Positions 28,828-39,365 of a stretch of 64,000 nucleotides of DNA are shown here, in pieces. The notes under the pieces are model-generated. The model worked only from the letters and a program-made list of their open reading frames with translations, was not told where the DNA came from and ran no database searches. The DNA is from Pseudomonas phage pPa_SNUABM_DT01: sequence record MW735835.1. One strand, given 5' to 3'. Within the stretch, counting starts at the first letter, position 1, and each line of letters begins with the position of its first letter. Made by a program: the position numbers and the translations under genes.

Positions 28828-29058
28828 CTATTCGCCGGATGGCGGAGACCCTAGCAAGGTCAGCAGCGTGTCCAGAGCCTTGTTGATAAGCTCCATGTTC
28901 ATGCTGCGGCCCTCTTTCAATGCTGCGATTGCTTCCACAGCGAAAGAGGCAATAGTCAGTATGATGATCGTGATGATCACGTACCGACTGAGGCCCGACT
29001 TTGCTGCCGGGCTTTTATTTTCGTCTGGCTCAGCCATGGTAGCCTCCCTAGAAGCCAA
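28828..29058 (-). CDS. Small membrane protein (about 69-76 aa); holin-like candidate.
   Basis: One strong transmembrane segment (YVIITIIILTIASFAVEAIAAL). Start ambiguous; MAEPDE at 29037 is likely. Confidence 0.4.
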   Translation of the reverse strand: MASREATMAEPDENKSPAAKSGLSRYVIITIIILTIASFAVEAIAALKEGRSMNMELINKALDTLLTLLGSPPSGE

Positions 29059-29524
29059 AGACTTTCCAGAACGCCGAGAAGACAGCGCTCCAGTCGATGC
29101 CGTTGTGCACCGACAATGTCGAGATCATGTAGCCAGCCATACACAGTCCAAGGAAGACCATGAAAAACACCCCCATGAACTGAGGGTTCATCAGCGCGTG
29201 CCGCAGGGCGGCAGTGTCCGCAGTAACTTCATCAGAGTCAGGAGCAGGTTCCGGCTTGCGATCCACGTGCTCCACTACCATCCCTCCCCCGATGGGAGTA
29301 GTGGTGCAACGGCGGTTCGGGTCGATGCTTGCCCGCATGACGAGGTCACGGTTTTCTTCTGGCAGAGACTCAAGGGCGGCGAGGACATCGACGCCGGTGG
29401 ACGCATCCGTCAACCTGTACGGGTCAACAGCGAACACGTTCACCGTATCGCGTACTGCACAGCCCCAAGGGAACTCTTTCAAGGTCGTGTTCCCCAAGAC
29501 CTTTATTACGTCAGAGATTAACAT
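29048..29524 (-). CDS. Membrane protein, 158 aa.
   Basis: C-terminal hydrophobic helices (FMGVFFMVFLGLCMAGYMI). Confidence 0.45.
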   Translation of the reverse strand: MLISDVIKVLGNTTLKEFPWGCAVRDTVNVFAVDPYRLTDASTGVDVLAALESLPEENRDLVMRASIDPNRRCTTTPIGGGMVVEHVDRKPEPAPDSDEVTADTAALRHALMNPQFMGVFFMVFLGLCMAGYMISTLSVHNGIDWSAVFSAFWKVFGF

Positions 29525-29542
29525 GACGTGATCCTCACAGGC

Positions 29543-30133
29543 TTATCCCCTGAGGAACCCGGCCGCTTTCCGAATGGCTTCACCATGTGCAATGATGACG
29601 GCAATGGCGTCGTACTCGTGCTCCGTCAGGGCATCTTTGCGAATGTCTTCATTATAGGTGATGAACGGCAATGCGAGGACGCAATCCTTGATTACGACCT
29701 TCTTCATTGAGAAGTTGGCAGTTTGGACGGCACGCTTGGCTTCACCCGGAGTGACCCGGTAGATGTCCGATGAAGGATTATACTCCTCAACCGCTTGGCG
29801 GATGAAGATCATCATCTCTGTCAGCGTCTCGAAGCTCTGCACGCGTCTTGGCATGAAGAACGGAGTTTCGACAGCAACAGCGTGAGGGTTGTGGAACCGG
29901 AGTTCCCTGCGTAACGCAGCTTGCAGGGTGTTCTGGCGGGCCCAGCGAGCACCATGAGTCGTTACCAACCCAGAGTACTCGCCAAGCATTTTCTCTGCCA
30001 CAAACGTGTCTTTAAACAGGATGTGGTAGGTACCGTGCCTAAGGTCAAGATCGGCAATCACCATTCCCAGTTGGGATGAACCATTGTCGATCCCCATAAT
30101 CCGGTAGATGAATGACTCGTCAGAGAACTGCAT
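29543..30133 (-). CDS. RuvC-like Holliday-junction resolvase.
   Basis: MGIDNGSSQLGMVIADL (RuvC motif I) and a C-terminal EHEYDAIAVIIAHG acidic motif. Confidence 0.7.
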   Translation of the reverse strand: MQFSDESFIYRIMGIDNGSSQLGMVIADLDLRHGTYHILFKDTFVAEKMLGEYSGLVTTHGARWARQNTLQAALRRELRFHNPHAVAVETPFFMPRRVQSFETLTEMMIFIRQAVEEYNPSSDIYRVTPGEAKRAVQTANFSMKKVVIKDCVLALPFITYNEDIRKDALTEHEYDAIAVIIAHGEAIRKAAGFLRG

Positions 30134-30155
30134 AAACTTTACCTTAGGCGGTTAC

Positions 30156-31031
30156 TTAGCCGCCAAGCAGAGACATGGTCACGGTCGGAATCTGACCGGT
30201 GGCGAGCAGCGGTTGAACGGCACCCACTTCGAGGCTGAAGTCGAAGCCTTTGCTGTTGAAGATCAGCTCGTAATGACCACTGATGTGCGCTGCGATCTGG
30301 GCGGCAATCACTTCCTTGAAATTGACTGCACCAGCCGAGGTGTTGATGGAAACGTCGGCGTCAACGCCGGTCACGAAGCCGAACTCGGAGATGATCGCCA
30401 TGCGGCGGTCACCGAAGAGGGTCTCGGCTACGTTGTACAGCTCAGCGACGTCTTTCTCGGTGAACGGCATCGGTACGATGGCGCTGGTGGCCAGGTACTC
30501 GTTGCTGGTGGTGACAGCGCCGGTGTTCGGGATCTCCGGCGGAGTCGGGCTCAGGTTCGCTTCGGTGTAGACGTAATCTTCGATCACGGTCTGACCGTCA
30601 ACGATGGTGCGCTTGGTCATCTTCGGCAGGACGCCGGTCTTGTCCAGACGCTTGCCGTAGTAGGCGATCTTGTTGACGCTGTCGACCGAAATGATCTTGC
30701 GCAGGAAGTACTTCGAACGCTCACCGGCCGTCAGGTCGTCGTTCATGTCACGGATGACGAACGGCAGGTGCTTGTACAGACCAGCATCACCCGAGCTGTG
30801 GTCCACGACCTGGCTCAGCGGGATGTTGTTGGCGCCCATGGTGTACGCGTGACCGCCGATACCGATGGTGAAACCCTTCAGGTTCGGGATCATGCCCGGC
30901 TGAATGACGGCGTTGGCTTGGACGTCGAACTTCTGGTTCAGCGTGGTGTTGTCTTTCTTGTCGAAGTTCACACCCAGGAAGTTGGATACCTGGAGGAAGT
31001 TCGACAACTGAGTTGGAACGATCTTTTGCAT
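30156..31031 (-). CDS. Hypothetical virion protein, 291 aa; possibly tail-tube-like.
   Basis: Start of the minus-strand structural run; no motif. Confidence 0.45.
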   Translation of the reverse strand: MQKIVPTQLSNFLQVSNFLGVNFDKKDNTTLNQKFDVQANAVIQPGMIPNLKGFTIGIGGHAYTMGANNIPLSQVVDHSSGDAGLYKHLPFVIRDMNDDLTAGERSKYFLRKIISVDSVNKIAYYGKRLDKTGVLPKMTKRTIVDGQTVIEDYVYTEANLSPTPPEIPNTGAVTTSNEYLATSAIVPMPFTEKDVAELYNVAETLFGDRRMAIISEFGFVTGVDADVSINTSAGAVNFKEVIAAQIAAHISGHYELIFNSKGFDFSLEVGAVQPLLATGQIPTVTMSLLGG

Positions 31032-31086
31032 GACTGAGGCCTTTAAAGGTCAGGGACGAATAGGGTTCATACGATTGGCAGCGAGG

Positions 31087-32106
31087 TCACTGATCGCCGA
31101 TCGGCAGGTTATCGATGCGATCGCGCCTGAGCCAGGTATCACGGTTGTAGTAACCGATGATCCACTGACCGCGGATGTTCTTGCAGTACACATCCGAGAA
31201 CTGGATGATGAGCAAGTTGGTGACCTTGGGGTCGTCAATGTAGACTTCGCCCGTGTTCAAGCCGTTGTAAATCACCTTGGCGCCATAGAGGTTGAACGGC
31301 ACCATGTCTTCACCGGTGAAGACCCAGTTGTCGTGGGTCACGGCTTTCGCTGTATCGACAATCCATTCCCCTACCAAATCGCCGACCTTCTGGCCTTGCA
31401 TCACATGGTAGTGGTCTACGAACTTGTGGTTCGGCAGAATCATCTCAGCCGGCATCTTGTTGTGATCACCCGGGCCGAGGTACGTACGGACTTCCAGGGT
31501 GGTCTTGATGTCACGGTCGAGGAACTGCACGGCCTCGCGGATGAAGACGTTGATTTCACCCATGAAGATCGGGTGCTCAGGCTTCATGCGAATGACCACG
31601 TTCTGGGCAATCGGAGCGACGAAGTCACCGCACGTATCGGTTTCCAGGATGGAGCCCATGTGCGTGCGGAACAGTACGTCGTTCAGATCCACTGGCTTGA
31701 ATTCAAATTCCACCAGATCCAGATCAAGAAAGAGACCATATTGTTCCAGCAAAGCTTTCAAAATTACTTCATGAGCCATGTCCACCGCGTAGATCACGAA
31801 GGGAACAGATACGAAGTAATCCTGGATCACCAGACGGCGGTAGGTGAGCTGTTGCTCCTTGCGCCAGCCCGATTCCGGTGTCGGCTTGACAACGATACCG
31901 GTCAGGGTGCCCTGAGTGGGTCGCGGGTTGTCGTAAGCCTGCATGTGAGTCAGTTTGATCTGCGGTTCCGTCTCTTGCATCGGGAACGGCGCACCAAAGG
32001 TGATCTGCCACGGCTCGACAGCGGTCTTGTTGGTAAAGTTGAAGATGTCCAGCAACATCTCGTTTGCGGGCTTGTTATACCGCAGGGGACGTACGTAAGC
32101 AGACAT
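31087..32106 (-). CDS. Hypothetical virion protein, 339 aa.
   Basis: ORF in the structural block. Confidence 0.5.
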   Translation of the reverse strand: MSAYVRPLRYNKPANEMLLDIFNFTNKTAVEPWQITFGAPFPMQETEPQIKLTHMQAYDNPRPTQGTLTGIVVKPTPESGWRKEQQLTYRRLVIQDYFVSVPFVIYAVDMAHEVILKALLEQYGLFLDLDLVEFEFKPVDLNDVLFRTHMGSILETDTCGDFVAPIAQNVVIRMKPEHPIFMGEINVFIREAVQFLDRDIKTTLEVRTYLGPGDHNKMPAEMILPNHKFVDHYHVMQGQKVGDLVGEWIVDTAKAVTHDNWVFTGEDMVPFNLYGAKVIYNGLNTGEVYIDDPKVTNLLIIQFSDVYCKNIRGQWIIGYYNRDTWLRRDRIDNLPIGDQ

Positions 32107-32115
32107 GTGAACCTC

Positions 32116-32559
32116 TTAGGCTTTCTGGATGGTCATCTGACCGTACCACCGCAGGGAGTTTGCAGCTGCCTGTAGGGTAAAGGACGGTGTGTTGAAGACC
32201 ACTGAATCGAAGTCGCTCTGAGCGAAGACGATGCCGGTCTTGGCGGAGATCGCATTGCCTACGTCGTGGCTGAGGATCTCGCCGTCGAACGGCACAGGGA
32301 ACGGCGTGCTGAACAGAGCACCCAAATCGATGCGTTTGATCGTGATGTCGCACTGACCACTGAAGCGGTTCGCCTCCGAGTTCGGGAGCGAAGCGCGGGC
32401 CTTTATGCGCAGCACGATGTCAGGGCCATTGCTGCTGACCACGGAAACCAGTTCCACGAAACGCGGATTAAACTGGGTGCCGTGCACTTCATTGAAAGCA
32501 ATCAGCGCGGCCTCGAACGGTTCGTACTTGAGCAGCTGCTCGAGGGTAAAGTTGGCCAT
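32116..32559 (-). CDS. Hypothetical virion protein, 147 aa.
   Basis: Coupled to its neighbours. Confidence 0.45.
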   Translation of the reverse strand: MANFTLEQLLKYEPFEAALIAFNEVHGTQFNPRFVELVSVVSSNGPDIVLRIKARASLPNSEANRFSGQCDITIKRIDLGALFSTPFPVPFDGEILSHDVGNAISAKTGIVFAQSDFDSVVFNTPSFTLQAAANSLRWYGQMTIQKA

Positions 32560-32561
32560 GA

Positions 32562-33545
32562 TCAGTTCGCCTTGTAGTCGATGGTCAGCTCGCCGGTGTA
32601 ACGCAGGTTGTCAGCCCGGAAGACGATAGTCAACGTCACCAGCTGACCAGAAGGCACTGGCTGGTAGGTTTCGATCTCCACGTCAACCAATGCGATAGGC
32701 AAGCCGGTCTGCTGAGCCACCGCAGCGATCATGTACATGGTGGTCGGGACACTCGGACCCTGGACCACGAACTGTGCACCGCTCTGGCTCCAGCCAAAAT
32801 CGTAACGGGTGTAGACCAGTTCGACATTGCCCAGGTAGTAGCCATCACCGGAAGCAGTGGCCACGATCTTGGTGTTGTCGTACCGGTAACCGCTGATCTT
32901 TTCCGGCGTACCAAACGTCATCCGAGCCGGCTCCAGAGGGTACGGCAGAGTGGCGTTGTTATCGGCTTGCATCTGGGTGATGAGTCTGGCCTGGGCCTCG
33001 CCAGTGAAGTCGGCTGCCGCGCGGAACCCACTGAGAGTGGTGTCAGCGATGACATCGACCAGCTGTCGCTGTTTCGGCTTGAGCACGAAAGTGTCCGACC
33101 CGTAGAGCAGGAACTGGCCCGGATTCATCGTCAGAGTGACGTTACCCAGTGCATTGACCGGAGCGTTCACCACCTGGTCCGAACGATCGGCCAAACCGTT
33201 GGCATGGCAGAAGATCGCCATCAGCTCTTTGGTGGTGGTGGGGAGGTCTGCTCGGATGGTCGAACCGAACTTGCTCTTGAGCGCTGCCAGTGCGATCCGG
33301 CGGTACCGGATGTCCTGGCTGTTCTGATAACCCCACAGGGAGACATCAGCTTTACTGCGGTTGATCGACACAGCAGTCTTGGCAAACTGAGCATCAGCCT
33401 CCACGCGAATGGGGCCGTATTGGAATCCCGAAGCATCTACGCCCGCAGTAAGCAAAGAGCCCAGGAGGCGCTGGAACGCCTCCTGGTCGGATTCCTTCAG
33501 TGCTGCCAGGGTCAACTGGGCGCCACTAAGGATTTGTGAAGGCAT
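32562..33545 (-). CDS. Hypothetical virion protein, 327 aa.
   Basis: 3-nt spacing to the next gene. Confidence 0.5.
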   Translation of the reverse strand: MPSQILSGAQLTLAALKESDQEAFQRLLGSLLTAGVDASGFQYGPIRVEADAQFAKTAVSINRSKADVSLWGYQNSQDIRYRRIALAALKSKFGSTIRADLPTTTKELMAIFCHANGLADRSDQVVNAPVNALGNVTLTMNPGQFLLYGSDTFVLKPKQRQLVDVIADTTLSGFRAAADFTGEAQARLITQMQADNNATLPYPLEPARMTFGTPEKISGYRYDNTKIVATASGDGYYLGNVELVYTRYDFGWSQSGAQFVVQGPSVPTTMYMIAAVAQQTGLPIALVDVEIETYQPVPSGQLVTLTIVFRADNLRYTGELTIDYKAN

Positions 33546-35715
33546 CGGTTTCTGTCCTGTCGAAAAGGTCAGCGATTGGCTTGGACTGGAGGCTCGGGAT
33601 AGCAGCCACTTTACCGTTCAAGGTAGTCAGGTCCACCGTCGGTTGCGTAATCGCCCCGAACAATGTTCCCAGGGACACACCTCGTTCGATGTATTGGTTC
33701 ATCCCAGACATGTCCCAGTCCAACCCGATCTGCATTTCCATGTCGTGAGCAGCGTGCTGATCGAATGCCCGAATGGACACGCCGCTCAGGTCGATCAACT
33801 GCTTCCACTTGGCCTTGCCGTAGAAGTCCAGCGGGACTGCCAAGGTGACCGGGAGACGCATGTGGTGGTGGGAAATGCCGCCTTGGTTGTGCCAGCGGAT
33901 GTGCGGCCAGTCAAACATCATGACCGCTTCTTCGTTGATCTGTTGAATGAACTGGATGCTGTAGGACGACAGCTGCGACATGATGTTCAGCATCGCACGC
34001 TGGATGTCTTTCAGGGTCATGGCGGTGCGCAACGACAGACCAGTGGCCTGGTTGAGGATACCGAGCATGATTTCATCAAGTTCAGACGGGGTGTAGTTCT
34101 CGAAGCTAAGTCCACGGTCACGCAACCACTGGGAATAGTTCTGCCCGTGGTCCATGTCGACTGGGATGTCGGCATAGAAGCGATTGGTCATCAACTGGAT
34201 CTCGGCGTATTGCAGGAGGTCTTCCCGGAACACGTAAAGATCACGGTGCAGGAGCATCCGGGCTTGGATTTCTTGACACGCCTTGAGGAATGAGTCCACC
34301 GACACGTAGTTGGTGATAACGACATTGTCCTTCAAAGCTTCATTGATGAATGCATCGCTGGTGACTTCGCGAGTGGTGATGCTGCGCAGCTCTTCGAAGG
34401 TCGGCAAAGGCATCCGACGTACCCGTTTGGCCATGATCCGAGGGATCTCGACCATCTCCACGCCCAGACGGAGCATGTAGAGGTACTGGTAGACGATGTA
34501 CGCCTCTTTCATGGACAGCTTGAAGCTCTCGCCGCCATTCGGCATCTGCAAAGTCAGCACCGTGCGGTACAAACCCTTGTCTGCGAAGTAGATCCACTGG
34601 TTCAGTAGCACTTCCGAGAGGGTGTACGGCTCGGATTCCTTCAGATCGAGGACGTTCGACTCAAGCGTCTTGGTCTCGACCTCGGCATTGAGGCTTCTGG
34701 CCGCCAATGTCGGGATGTATTCCTCAGCATACTCCTGTTCGGAGAGGTTCGAACGGGCCAACGTGCGCTGAAGATCCAACATCTGTCGGGTATTCTTGAT
34801 GTCTTCACCCAACGCCGACGGAATTCCGTTGATGCTGGAGCGGAAGTACTGAATTTCCGGGTCGTAGTTCTCAGCGACCGCCTCATCTTGTTGCTGGAGG
34901 GTGTATTCGGCCACCGGGAAGTTCCGTTTGGTCATGACTTGCTCGACCAGTTCACGGAAAATCTCGTCTTTACCGTTGTTGCGCATGATGTAACGAATGT
35001 TGCGGTAGAAATACAGCCGCTGGAACTCGTTCATCTCGTTGTAGTACTGGTCCAAGGGACCAAACGACGCCAGGTAACGACGAATGTGGTAGCTGTGCAC
35101 CTTCTCGGTACGGCAGTTGTCCAAACGAATGGACTTGATCTGCTTACCCATGGCCATGAACATCACGCCGAGGCGTGCTGCGATGAACATGCTGTTGTTG
35201 ATGCGGTAATCATCAGCTGCCCAACGGATAAAAAGACCGTTGATCCACTCTTGCAGCTGTGGGATCAGGTTGGTTTCCCGCGATTCGACCAGGGACGGGT
35301 CATAATAGAGAATACTATGATCCGGCGCGGCGATTGCCTTAGCCATATCCACTGGATACAAGATTCCGTGGATAAGCATGTCTTGATGCGGGTACCGAGC
35401 AATCAGCTCTCTATAGTAGCGGGAGTCGTACTGATACTCTCGCCACGTGGCTCGGTGGATGTCCATGTTCTCACGGGTGAAATCAATCTCCTCGTGGGTA
35501 TCCATGGAGGTGACTTTCATGGGCGTGTCAGTAGAGTGGTACTGACCCGCCAGGTTGAGGTAGTATTTCCAGGTCTCTGGCTTGCCGGCGAGTACTTCGT
35601 GTCCCATGATGGACAGTCGGCTGTTGATGATCTCGCAAGTCGCCTCATCCTTCACCACCATAGTGGCAGCCAACCTGACCACCGACTCGTGATAGATCTG
35701 ATAAAGAGTACTCAT
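33526..35715 (-). CDS. Hypothetical large virion (baseplate / tail) protein, 729 aa.
   Basis: Long ORF overlapping its neighbour by 20 nt. Confidence 0.55.
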   Translation of the reverse strand: MSTLYQIYHESVVRLAATMVVKDEATCEIINSRLSIMGHEVLAGKPETWKYYLNLAGQYHSTDTPMKVTSMDTHEEIDFTRENMDIHRATWREYQYDSRYYRELIARYPHQDMLIHGILYPVDMAKAIAAPDHSILYYDPSLVESRETNLIPQLQEWINGLFIRWAADDYRINNSMFIAARLGVMFMAMGKQIKSIRLDNCRTEKVHSYHIRRYLASFGPLDQYYNEMNEFQRLYFYRNIRYIMRNNGKDEIFRELVEQVMTKRNFPVAEYTLQQQDEAVAENYDPEIQYFRSSINGIPSALGEDIKNTRQMLDLQRTLARSNLSEQEYAEEYIPTLAARSLNAEVETKTLESNVLDLKESEPYTLSEVLLNQWIYFADKGLYRTVLTLQMPNGGESFKLSMKEAYIVYQYLYMLRLGVEMVEIPRIMAKRVRRMPLPTFEELRSITTREVTSDAFINEALKDNVVITNYVSVDSFLKACQEIQARMLLHRDLYVFREDLLQYAEIQLMTNRFYADIPVDMDHGQNYSQWLRDRGLSFENYTPSELDEIMLGILNQATGLSLRTAMTLKDIQRAMLNIMSQLSSYSIQFIQQINEEAVMMFDWPHIRWHNQGGISHHHMRLPVTLAVPLDFYGKAKWKQLIDLSGVSIRAFDQHAAHDMEMQIGLDWDMSGMNQYIERGVSLGTLFGAITQPTVDLTTLNGKVAAIPSLQSKPIADLFDRTETDAFTNP

Positions 35716-35746
35716 CGTTTAGATTCCAGATGGATAAGAGGTAAAC

Positions 35747-38700
35747 ATGAATGACCAAGTGAGGCGGTTTCCGCAGTTCGCTGGCCAGCGTTCGATCCCG
35801 AACGAGGTAAAGGCTGCGATCTCGAAACTCGGCGCAGATCCGCACGGTTCCGCCAATAAACGCGGAAATATGCGGCTACCCGATGGTCGTGTGATGGCAC
35901 ACGTTGCCAACACGACCATCGGTAACATCCGCGATGCACGCAACCTCTTCCAAATCCTGCCGGACATGGACTATGCGCGGCAGATCCTGATCTCGGCCAC
36001 CATCTCCCCCGGTGACCTGACGGACACGAAGGTTCTGTACAGCCTGGCGGATGACTCGCTCGATAGCAACCTGTCCGGACCTCTCTTGAGGATGGTCCAG
36101 GAGTTCTTCGATAATTCCTATAGGATTAGGCCGCTGCTACACCCGATCCTGAACGACGTTATGTTCGAGACGGGCTCCTATCCGATCATGATGATGCCTG
36201 AGTCGTCTATCGACCGAATCATCAACTCGGAGAACTATGGCGGCGTGTCCATGGAGTCTGCCCAACAGACCCTCGACGCGTACATGCAGGAAGAAACCAA
36301 GGATGGCAAGTACATCCCGTGGGGCATCCTGGGTAACGCCAACGCAGCCAAGGACAACGTCGATAGCTACACCGGCGTGTCGTTTGAAAGTCTGACCTTC
36401 AACGGTAGCAGCTACAACTCGGCGGTGCAAACCACCGAACTGAAGGTATCGTTCGAAAACCTGCTGGTGGACAACGAGGCCAACAAGAAGTACCGCAGTG
36501 ACCTGCAAGTGCAGTCCACTGAGATGAACAAGATCCTCAACAGCAAGGGATCGACGGTTGACGTCATCGACAACCTGACCATCCTGAAGCGTCCGCAGAT
36601 CGTGGAGACCCGTCGTAAGTTGGCCGTGCGCCGCATTTATGGCGGCAAGCTGCATCAGCGCGCTTCGCTGGAAAGTCGTGCTCAGAACGGCGACAGAGAT
36701 GCAGCACGTAACCTGGCCGCTGTTGAACGCAGCATGTACCAGAAGCGCCGCTACCAGCACATCCCTGTCCAGCCGATCATGACCCACTCCCAGACCGGCA
36801 CCGAGACCTATGGTCATCCGCTGGTCATGCACCTGCCGTCGGAATCGGTGATCCCGATCCACGTCCCAGGCAACCCGGCTGAACACGTTGGCTACTACGT
36901 CATGTTGGACATCGATGGCAACCCCATCAGCGTGGCTGATCAGACGTCGTACTACGACGACATCAAGTCGCAGATGAACAACGTGGACAGCTACGCCTCG
37001 CAAATCATCCAACAGGCCCGTCGGGGCTTCGAGGGGATGGGCGACTTCCACAACGAGATCATCGACGAGATGGGCAAGGTGTATTCCGAGGCCATCGAAC
37101 GTGATCTGCTGGCGCGGCTGCGTGCCGGTGCCCTCTCTGGCAACTACGAGCTGGGCAAGACCGAGAACATCAACCGCATCATGTTCGGTCGTCACATGAA
37201 GGGTCAGAAGACCATCATGCTGTACGTGCCTGCTGAACTGATGACTTACATCGCATTCGACTACAACGAGTTCGGTGTCGGTAAATCGGTCCTGGAAGAC
37301 GGCAAGATCCTGGGCGCTATCCGTGCCTCGCTGATGCTGTCCAACACCCTGGCTACCCTCAACAACGCGGTCGGTGGTAAGACCATCGAGATCGAGCTGG
37401 ACCCTGAAGACGAAGACCCGGTATCCACGGTGGAGTTCATGCTCTCCGAGTACGCCAAGGTCAACGCCCAAGGCTTCAGTCGCATCATCGGTTCTACTCA
37501 CCCGTTGGGCCTGGCTGACCAGATCCAAAACCACGGCGTCAACGTGGTGGTCTCGGGTAACACCCGTTATCCGGAAACCAAGCTCAACGTCAGCTCGCGT
37601 GATGGCACCAACAAGCCCATCGACTCTGATTTCGAAGAGACGATGCGTAAGCGTCACATCCAGATGTTCGGCTTGTCGCCGGAGGTCATGGAGGGCATCA
37701 ACCAGGCTGACTTCGCGACTACGGTCGTGCAGAACAACCTGATGCTGCTCAAACGCGTGATCATGAACCAGGAGAAGTTCGAGCCATTCCTCACCGACTT
37801 CGTGCGGCGGTACATCTTGAACAGCGGTACCTTCCTGGAAGACATGCGTGCCTTGATCATCGAGAACAAGACGCTCATCCCAGACCACATCAAGCAAGAC
37901 GAACGCTTCAAGGACGACGAAGCCGCTCAGGTGGATGCGTTCCTGTTCGAGTTCATCGACAGCCTGATGGTAGGTCTGCCTTCGCCGGAAGTGGGCGACA
38001 TCAGAAAGGCCATGGAGTCTTTCGATTCGTACAGCGAGGCGCTGGACAAGGTCATCGACGCGTACGTCAACGAGGAGATGTTTGCTGCCGATTACTCGGT
38101 GGGCATGGAACAACTCATCCCCAACATCAAAGCGGTCACCAAAGCGGAGTTCCAACGCCGCTGGTTGCGCAAGCACAACGTCATGCCCGAGCTGGATGTG
38201 TTCAACACGGTCAGGGAAGAAGATCAAGGCCCAGCCTTCGATCTCCTGGGCGCGGCGGAAGAACACCTCGACGGCCTCAATGGCTCCATTGCCAGCTACG
38301 TCAAACGTCTGGTTAAGGCAGCCAAGAAGCGCGCCAAAGTGCTCGAGAAACTCACCGAAGAGAAGACCGAACTGGAAAATCTCAAGAACGACGCCGCCGG
38401 CGCCGGTGGTGACGACTACGGCAGCGATGCCGGAGGCGGTGATGGTGGTGATGATCTGGGTGACGGCGGTGACGCCGGTCTGGATCTGGATGGCGGTGAT
38501 GCAGGAGACGGGGGTACTGACGAGGGCGGAGACGGCCTTGACATGGACCTCGATGGAGGTGACGGCACTGACACCGGCGATGCCGGTGATGGCACCGATG
38601 GTCTCGACCTTGACGGTGGAGATGGTGCTGACGGTACCGACGGTGGTGAATCCGGCGCCGATGCAGAGCTTGCCGCTCTGGACGCTGGTGGGGAGGGCGG

Positions 38701-39322
38701 TGACGCAGAACCTGCTGCCGCTGAAGCTGCATCTGCTGATGCTGACCTGGCTCTGGATGACACTGCTGCTGACGCTACTGGCGATGAGGCTCCGGCCGAA
38801 CCCGCAGAGGCTGACGCAGACCTCGACCTGGATGAAGGTGATGGAACCGGAACTGACACCGACGCAGACAATGCAGGTGCTGGTGACGATCTGGATCTGG
38901 ATGCAGGCACTGAACAACCGGCAGAAAACGAAGGCGCTGAGTCTGAATTGGAAGTAGAGGACGAACCTGAAGCTGCTCCTGAGCCGAAGGAAGACACCCC
39001 TGCTGAACAACCGGCTGAGAGCAACGTAGAACCGGTCACTGAAGAAAACCTCCAGATCAAGGATATCCCGATCGAAGAGGAAGAAGAGCCTGAACTGGAA
39101 GGCGCTGCTGCCACTGACGAACCCGCTGCTCCGGCAGAAGGTACCGACGGTGAACAGCCTGCTGCGGAAGAACCTGAGCCGGAACTGGAGGAGACCCCAG
39201 AAGCCCCGCAGGTAGACGACGAAGCAAACAAGCCAGAAGGTGAGGAAGAAGAGGAAGAGAGCAAGGATAAGTCCGACAAGGACGATCTGGATCTCGACCT
39301 GCCGACTCCTCCTAAGGCGTAA
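35747..39322 (+). CDS. Large protein, 1191 aa, with an ~300-aa hyper-acidic D/G/E/A low-complexity C-terminus.
   Basis: The C-terminus is GGDDYGSDAGGGDGGDDLGDGGDAGLDLDGGD... then EPE/AAE runs ending DDLDLDLPTPPKA. Confidence 0.6.
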   Translation: MNDQVRRFPQFAGQRSIPNEVKAAISKLGADPHGSANKRGNMRLPDGRVMAHVANTTIGNIRDARNLFQILPDMDYARQILISATISPGDLTDTKVLYSLADDSLDSNLSGPLLRMVQEFFDNSYRIRPLLHPILNDVMFETGSYPIMMMPESSIDRIINSENYGGVSMESAQQTLDAYMQEETKDGKYIPWGILGNANAAKDNVDSYTGVSFESLTFNGSSYNSAVQTTELKVSFENLLVDNEANKKYRSDLQVQSTEMNKILNSKGSTVDVIDNLTILKRPQIVETRRKLAVRRIYGGKLHQRASLESRAQNGDRDAARNLAAVERSMYQKRRYQHIPVQPIMTHSQTGTETYGHPLVMHLPSESVIPIHVPGNPAEHVGYYVMLDIDGNPISVADQTSYYDDIKSQMNNVDSYASQIIQQARRGFEGMGDFHNEIIDEMGKVYSEAIERDLLARLRAGALSGNYELGKTENINRIMFGRHMKGQKTIMLYVPAELMTYIAFDYNEFGVGKSVLEDGKILGAIRASLMLSNTLATLNNAVGGKTIEIELDPEDEDPVSTVEFMLSEYAKVNAQGFSRIIGSTHPLGLADQIQNHGVNVVVSGNTRYPETKLNVSSRDGTNKPIDSDFEETMRKRHIQMFGLSPEVMEGINQADFATTVVQNNLMLLKRVIMNQEKFEPFLTDFVRRYILNSGTFLEDMRALIIENKTLIPDHIKQDERFKDDEAAQVDAFLFEFIDSLMVGLPSPEVGDIRKAMESFDSYSEALDKVIDAYVNEEMFAADYSVGMEQLIPNIKAVTKAEFQRRWLRKHNVMPELDVFNTVREEDQGPAFDLLGAAEEHLDGLNGSIASYVKRLVKAAKKRAKVLEKLTEEKTELENLKNDAAGAGGDDYGSDAGGGDGGDDLGDGGDAGLDLDGGDAGDGGTDEGGDGLDMDLDGGDGTDTGDAGDGTDGLDLDGGDGADGTDGGESGADAELAALDAGGEGGDAEPAAAEAASADADLALDDTAADATGDEAPAEPAEADADLDLDEGDGTGTDTDADNAGAGDDLDLDAGTEQPAENEGAESELEVEDEPEAAPEPKEDTPAEQPAESNVEPVTEENLQIKDIPIEEEEEPELEGAAATDEPAAPAEGTDGEQPAAEEPEPELEETPEAPQVDDEANKPEGEEEEEESKDKSDKDDLDLDLPTPPKA

Positions 39323-39324
39323 CA

Positions 39325-39358
39325 GCATAGAGCGGGAGCCATTGGCTCCCGCTCTATG
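39325..39358. terminator. Bidirectional hairpin GCATAGAGCGGGAGCCA/TGGCTCCCGCTCTATG (CATAGAG family).
   Basis: Palindrome between convergent genes. Confidence 0.5.
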
Positions 39359-39365
39359 TCGCGTG

